64,000 nucleotides of DNA from Fibrobacteria bacterium (GTDB lineage Bacteria > Fibrobacterota > Chitinivibrionia > Chitinivibrionales > FEN-1185). Position 1 is the stretch's first letter. Each line of letters starts with the position of its first letter. A program made the translations under genes and the position numbers. The stretch lies in contig JBBIGR010000021.1 in assembly GCA_037447435.1 (NCBI GenBank), positions 1-64,000 of the forward strand. The letters are read 5' to 3'. The notes under the pieces were generated by a model. It saw nothing but the letters and a program-made list of their open reading frames with translations, had not been told where the DNA came from and did not search any database. Below, in pieces: positions 59,271 through 64,000 of the stretch.

Positions 59271-62200
59271 ATGCTTCGTCGTTTCGGAATGCACCGGCTT
59301 ATCGGCGCTACTGCAGTGTGTGCCTTGGCAGGCATGCTCTTATTCGTTTTTTGTTCCAAGAACAATCCTGTCACTCCTCCGGGAGAACCAACATGGTCCA
59401 TCACCGTGGATGTTCTTGACGGTTACACCGGCAATACGATTTCCGGTGCAAAAGTACAATATATGACGGACAGTCTTAAAGACACCGTCGCCGCGGCAAA
59501 CGCACAAGGCCGTATCAAAATCGAAGGTCTTGCCATCGGTTCGCAGAGCTTTAAAATCACCAATTCCGACACAACGACAAAGTATACCACCTCGGTCATA
59601 AGCGCGCAAAGTTCGCCCGATTCGCTCGGCAAACTTAAAGACGTGAGCGTGACCGTGAAATTGTTCCCGCTTACGGGTTCGATTTCCGGCAAAGTGGCTA
59701 CCCAAATCAACGACCTTTCTCTTAAAAACGGCGCAGGCAACGTCGTCGTCAGCGTATCGTACGCAAACGCCGATCTTGCGACATCGTCGCCCAAAGCTTT
59801 CCAGGTAAGAACGGACAGCACCGGCGCATTTTCGATTTCCGGGATTCCAGTTGCCAACGGACTTAACCTGACCGTCGCTCCGGCAACCGTGAACGCCATC
59901 GACTTTACACCGGATAGTTTCGCGCTTCCCAAGCTTGTTTCCGGCTTCACCGTACCCTTGGGAACAATCGTCATGCGTCCGATCAATGCGAAAAATTTCA
60001 AGCAAATCAACCAGGCACCGCTCGTCATCGGACCGAACGAAGTCATGGTCATGACCTATTCCGACCCGCTCGACAGCGCGTTGTCGTATGCAACACTCGA
60101 AGGCGTCGGAACATCGCAATCTGTCAAGGTCAACAAATTCGTCAGCGGCAACAAACTGACCATCACTCCCTCGATTTCGCTTGTTGACGGTGCGCAATAC
60201 TACCTCACCGTATACGCATTCGGCAAAACCGGCGGCGACACGACATCCAAGACGACCATCGTCGTCAAAGGCGGCGGTCTCATCGACGTCACCTCCTCCA
60301 ATGTTTTGGACGGTAACAAAAAAGCCATCGACGGTCTCGGGCTTTCGGATTCACTGTCTTTCACTTTCAGAAAGAACATTGCCAAAGCGTCCGCGACGAT
60401 CATTAAAAACTACGGTACGGGCAATGCCGTTCCTATCGTCGATACGACTTACGTGAGCGGTGCGACCCTTGTGGTAAAACCGGCCGGCAACGGAACCTGG
60501 GAAGCCACGACATACCATGTCAAGATTTCCGCAAACCTTGCGGATTCATCGGCCTCGACATTCGAATTCGACATCACCACTATCGGCGGGCTCGACTTCG
60601 TATCGTCGAATGTTTACAATCCTAAATTAAGCAGCGCGATCAACGGTCTCGGCTTCACCGATACGATCAAGGTGACGGCCAATAAACCCATTGCATCCGC
60701 AACGGCGACATTGAGCCAGAACACGCCGCTTACTCCTATAAGCATGACGATTTCCACAAAGGGAAATTCGGCCATGTTCGTTCCGAACGATGTCCTCCAT
60801 CCTTCGACAACGTATACGTTCAATGTCACGATTAAAACCGCACAAGGTGAAGCAAAGTCCTTCACTTCAACCTTCACAACTGCAAGCAGCAACTTCTATC
60901 CGCTCGGCGACAATATCCGTTTCGGCAACGATCCTGCCAAACCGGTGTTGAACTTTACTCCTAACGGCACAATTTTCATCGTGATGTCGTCGGACATCGA
61001 TACCGCAACCGCACAAATTACCGGCGGCGGCAACGTTGTTCCTACAACGGTCACGACAAACAAAGACACCCTGAAAATCGTACCGCAAAAGAACCTTGCC
61101 GAAGGAACATCGTACAACCTCGTTGTTTCCATGAGCGACGGAAACGGTGAAGTTTACAATGCAAACAACGGTAATTACGTAACCGGATTCCAGGTCAAGA
61201 ACAGTTTCGTTCCCCTTCAATCCAATGTCCGTTATAATAACGATGCGTCCCAACCGGTGCTCGATTTCGCACCCTATGGAGCCATTGTCATCAAAATGTC
61301 CGCACCGGTACAAAGTGCAACGGCATCGCTTAAGACTGCCGCAGGCTCTCCTGTAAACTGCAATATTACCGTTGCTACGGACACGATCCGTATCGTTCCT
61401 CAAGTCGATTTGGCTGTCGGAACCACGTACAATCTTATTCTCAATGCGCAGAGCACAACCGGCCTCACGTACAATACGACATTTGTAACGGGCCTTGGCG
61501 TACAGAACAAAATCAGGGTAATCGCTTCCAACGTACTTACCACTGACGGTTTCGGCGTCACGAATTTCCCTGTTACCGGAACTCCGTATTATGTCATGTC
61601 CGATCATTTCGACTCAACAACCATTTCCATCATTGGACTTGGCGTTGATTTCAATCTCCGGACAAACGGCGATACGATTTTTGTCAAGCCCGTAAACAAC
61701 CTTGCTGCCGCCACAAGTTATGCCGACAGCATCAAAGGTAAGACAAAAACCGGAATCAGCTTCGCTATCGACAACACGGTCGGAATGCTCCCGTTTACAA
61801 CCGAGCGCGATGTGTATGTTGTTGCAAGCAATATGACAGATGTTGGTGGAAATGCAATTGCTAATTTCCCGATTTACGGAACAATGTGGGTAAAATTCAG
61901 TGAGCCGTTAAGCACTGATCTTACCAAGATTGTATGGAACACAGCCGCAATTGCCGGAGTGACCGATCAGCTTTATGGCGATCCTACTAAAAACACTTAT
62001 AATGTATCTGTACGTGTAAACGGCGATACTTTATTCGTTATGCCTCAAAAGAGTCTGGTTACGATCAACTATGGTGACGTAATCGGTTTTGGCGTAAAAG
62101 TTACTACGGCGTCTGGAAAAATTGCGGGTAGCAACATCAACTTTAAACCGGTCGTTCAATCAAGCGATTTGTTTGTTGCTTATACAAACACCAAAGATAA

Positions 62201-64000
62201 TTTGGGAAATTGGCGCGAAAATGTCGGTTTGATGGATACAATAATTGTTGCTTCAAGCGTGAAACTCAGTGCAATAAAGCAGGTCACAGTGGGTGCTGCC
62301 GGAGTAGTACCACCGGATGTGAACCTTGACAATGTCAAGCTCAACGCAACCGGCGATACGATACGGTATATCCCGTCCATACCGTTAACAGCTGCAACTG
62401 TTTACAGTATTGATTTTGACGTTATACGTCAGGATGGTGTAACATCCGGTACGACGAATGTGCTCGGCGTTCAGTGGACAACGGTCTCCGGCGTCCGTAT
62501 AACACAAATCAATAACCGCGATGTTGGCAATTACCATGCGTATAAAGTAATTGGCGACAGCGTTGTTGTAACTTTCTCCAAAAAGATAAATCCGTCACAA
62601 ACAATTGCAAAACGATTCAAAGTAAATGGATTTACTACGAATTACTCTGTTTCTTGGAGTGCGGATTCAATGACGGCAACAATCAAGAATCTTGATTCGT
62701 TGACACCAGCACCGTTTGGTGAGGCAAATCCTTACACATCCGGTACTGTTTTAGGTACTCCTTCGACACTGAAGTATTTGTTGACATTTGATTTGACAAC
62801 AAAAGACGGTGAAGTAAAATCCGCTCTTGTTCCGCCAAATGCAAATGTACAAATCCATACGGAATACGGCATCTATTTGGTTGATGCAAATTTTGTAAAA
62901 GTACATGATCTTACAACAGTACTTCCTGTTGCTGCATCGACAATTGATACGTTCCCAGTAAAAGGCAGCATTGCATTGACCTTTAATCGTGCTGTTGATT
63001 CCACTCTCATGAAAGCTGCTGCTCCTCAGACGTATTTCAAATTGGTCAATTCTGGAGCAACAACCATTTCGCTCGATTACTCTATGACTTTCTCAAATTC
63101 CGGTAAAACTATCACAATCACACCGGTTGATAGCCTCAGCTATAATTCAACATTCTATGTCAACATGGCAAATGTGCCGGGACTTGGAATATTATATGCG
63201 GGAACAAACGGGAAAGTTTCAGGTAGTTCCAATAAAGGCGGCTTGGCGCCCTTGGCCATTAACTCGAATGGTTTTACAACTGTTAAGGCTCCGGCGGTAT
63301 CTAATATAAACAACCTTACTGTAGCGATTGCTTTGGATACTTCTTCGTCGGCTGTTACAGGAAAACGAAAAGGTTCTTCACCTGTCAGTGGTGTGTATGG
63401 CTCTGTAGTGTCTCCATTAAATACAGAATCAGCTCTTCATATTATAATTACAGAATCGGCTTGGAATGCAAAACATGCAGATTCTGTTGGGCAATATATT
63501 TGGAGAGTACGCTCAGTTTCCAGGACAGGGGTTGCGAGTGGTTGGTACGTCGCTACGGCAAGAATTAATGACCCAAAAACTTGGAGTTTTAATTCTGCAA
63601 CCAATGCGTCAAATGCTCAATTTAAAACCTTCGTAAACATTAATGCTGAAGACTTTAAAACAAACTTACGTAAAGCTGATCGTGATGGAGCTGGTACAAA
63701 TTATACCAACGGAGCTGATATCTTTAATGATTCAACAAGAATCGAGCTTCAGGTTGCACCAGTCAAAGACCTTGATGCAAGCGGAACCGCCGGCGACGTT
63801 GCCAGTGAAATCGGTACATGGTCAAGTTCCTTAACTTTTGTTGATGACATTGCACCATGCGATCCCAACTTCGTTACAGGGGTAAATTGCAATGATGTTA
63901 CAAAGGGCGGAGTTCAAGTAGTTGCTGGAGCATACAGTGATGGTGGTTTAGACCGGACAGCTGGTGCGGCAACCACAGGCACATATACATATGTCTTAAA
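59271..64000 (+). CDS. Very large surface lipoprotein with tandem Ig-like (Big_5-like) domains, 3' end outside the window
   Basis: Not in the ORF track because it has no stop. AGGAGG RBS, MLRRFGMHRLIGATAVCALAGMLLFVFCSKNNP lipoprotein-like signal. Frame open at every spot check through 64000. Recurrent SN...V...I...FS and GDT[IL].I.P...L....Y units. Confidence 0.85.
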   Translation, partial: MLRRFGMHRLIGATAVCALAGMLLFVFCSKNNPVTPPGEPTWSITVDVLDGYTGNTISGAKVQYMTDSLKDTVAAANAQGRIKIEGLAIGSQSFKITNSDTTTKYTTSVISAQSSPDSLGKLKDVSVTVKLFPLTGSISGKVATQINDLSLKNGAGNVVVSVSYANADLATSSPKAFQVRTDSTGAFSISGIPVANGLNLTVAPATVNAIDFTPDSFALPKLVSGFTVPLGTIVMRPINAKNFKQINQAPLVIGPNEVMVMTYSDPLDSALSYATLEGVGTSQSVKVNKFVSGNKLTITPSISLVDGAQYYLTVYAFGKTGGDTTSKTTIVVKGGGLIDVTSSNVLDGNKKAIDGLGLSDSLSFTFRKNIAKASATIIKNYGTGNAVPIVDTTYVSGATLVVKPAGNGTWEATTYHVKISANLADSSASTFEFDITTIGGLDFVSSNVYNPKLSSAINGLGFTDTIKVTANKPIASATATLSQNTPLTPISMTISTKGNSAMFVPNDVLHPSTTYTFNVTIKTAQGEAKSFTSTFTTASSNFYPLGDNIRFGNDPAKPVLNFTPNGTIFIVMSSDIDTATAQITGGGNVVPTTVTTNKDTLKIVPQKNLAEGTSYNLVVSMSDGNGEVYNANNGNYVTGFQVKNSFVPLQSNVRYNNDASQPVLDFAPYGAIVIKMSAPVQSATASLKTAAGSPVNCNITVATDTIRIVPQVDLAVGTTYNLILNAQSTTGLTYNTTFVTGLGVQNKIRVIASNVLTTDGFGVTNFPVTGTPYYVMSDHFDSTTISIIGLGVDFNLRTNGDTIFVKPVNNLAAATSYADSIKGKTKTGISFAIDNTVGMLPFTTERDVYVVASNMTDVGGNAIANFPIYGTMWVKFSEPLSTDLTKIVWNTAAIAGVTDQLYGDPTKNTYNVSVRVNGDTLFVMPQKSLVTINYGDVIGFGVKVTTASGKIAGSNINFKPVVQSSDLFVAYTNTKDNLGNWRENVGLMDTIIVASSVKLSAIKQVTVGAAGVVPPDVNLDNVKLNATGDTIRYIPSIPLTAATVYSIDFDVIRQDGVTSGTTNVLGVQWTTVSGVRITQINNRDVGNYHAYKVIGDSVVVTFSKKINPSQTIAKRFKVNGFTTNYSVSWSADSMTATIKNLDSLTPAPFGEANPYTSGTVLGTPSTLKYLLTFDLTTKDGEVKSALVPPNANVQIHTEYGIYLVDANFVKVHDLTTVLPVAASTIDTFPVKGSIALTFNRAVDSTLMKAAAPQTYFKLVNSGATTISLDYSMTFSNSGKTITITPVDSLSYNSTFYVNMANVPGLGILYAGTNGKVSGSSNKGGLAPLAINSNGFTTVKAPAVSNINNLTVAIALDTSSSAVTGKRKGSSPVSGVYGSVVSPLNTESALHIIITESAWNAKHADSVGQYIWRVRSVSRTGVASGWYVATARINDPKTWSFNSATNASNAQFKTFVNINAEDFKTNLRKADRDGAGTNYTNGADIFNDSTRIELQVAPVKDLDASGTAGDVASEIGTWSSSLTFVDDIAPCDPNFVTGVNCNDVTKGGVQVVAGAYSDGGLDRTAGAATTGTYTYVL

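Noticed and set aside
59340..61607. Several minus-strand ORFs of 67-285 aa in the ORF track
   Set aside because: They are shadows of the real plus-strand gene starting at 59271, which the track omits because it has no stop in the window.

Overview
Bacterial chromosomal window of roughly 45-50% GC by eye. The gene content suggests an FCB-group lineage such as Fibrobacterota; this is inference only. It has two halves. (1) About 1-25.4 kb is an accessory cell-surface glycan/biosynthetic region ending at the 3' end of tRNA-Phe, with sigma54-type (-24/-12) motifs in front of most transcription units. It holds a secreted beta-helix protein; an O-acetyltransferase / AMP-ligase / ACP / AsnB / NadE-like cassette; a GT4 fusion with a GH130 partner; a lipoprotein plus its truncated duplicate; and an SPFH gene. 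It also holds the best novelty candidate, a co-oriented run GT4 - hemA - PaaK/ANL-type ligase - hemB - GT4 - FAD oxidoreductase - short UbiD - beta-propeller - UbiX. There is no hemL/hemC/hemD in the window, and the HemB A-site lid has diverged. This looks like tetrapyrrole-entry enzymes repurposed to make an ALA/monopyrrole-derived, decarboxylated unit linked to a glycan (hypothesis). (2) About 25.5-64 kb is mostly housekeeping: tRNA-Phe, tRNA-Arg, an M23 peptidase, a STAS-PEGA protein, recD2, a 33-aa bS22-like protein, a RarA fusion, a groES-groEL-hrcA-grpE-dnaK-dnaJ run with CIRCE, HU/IHF, FHA, TlpA, proC, rho, rlmI and lpdA. The window ends inside a >1,570-aa Ig-repeat lipoprotein rich in D-(S/T)-x motifs, which the ORF track misses. 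All product calls are from motif recognition by eye; no database searches were run.
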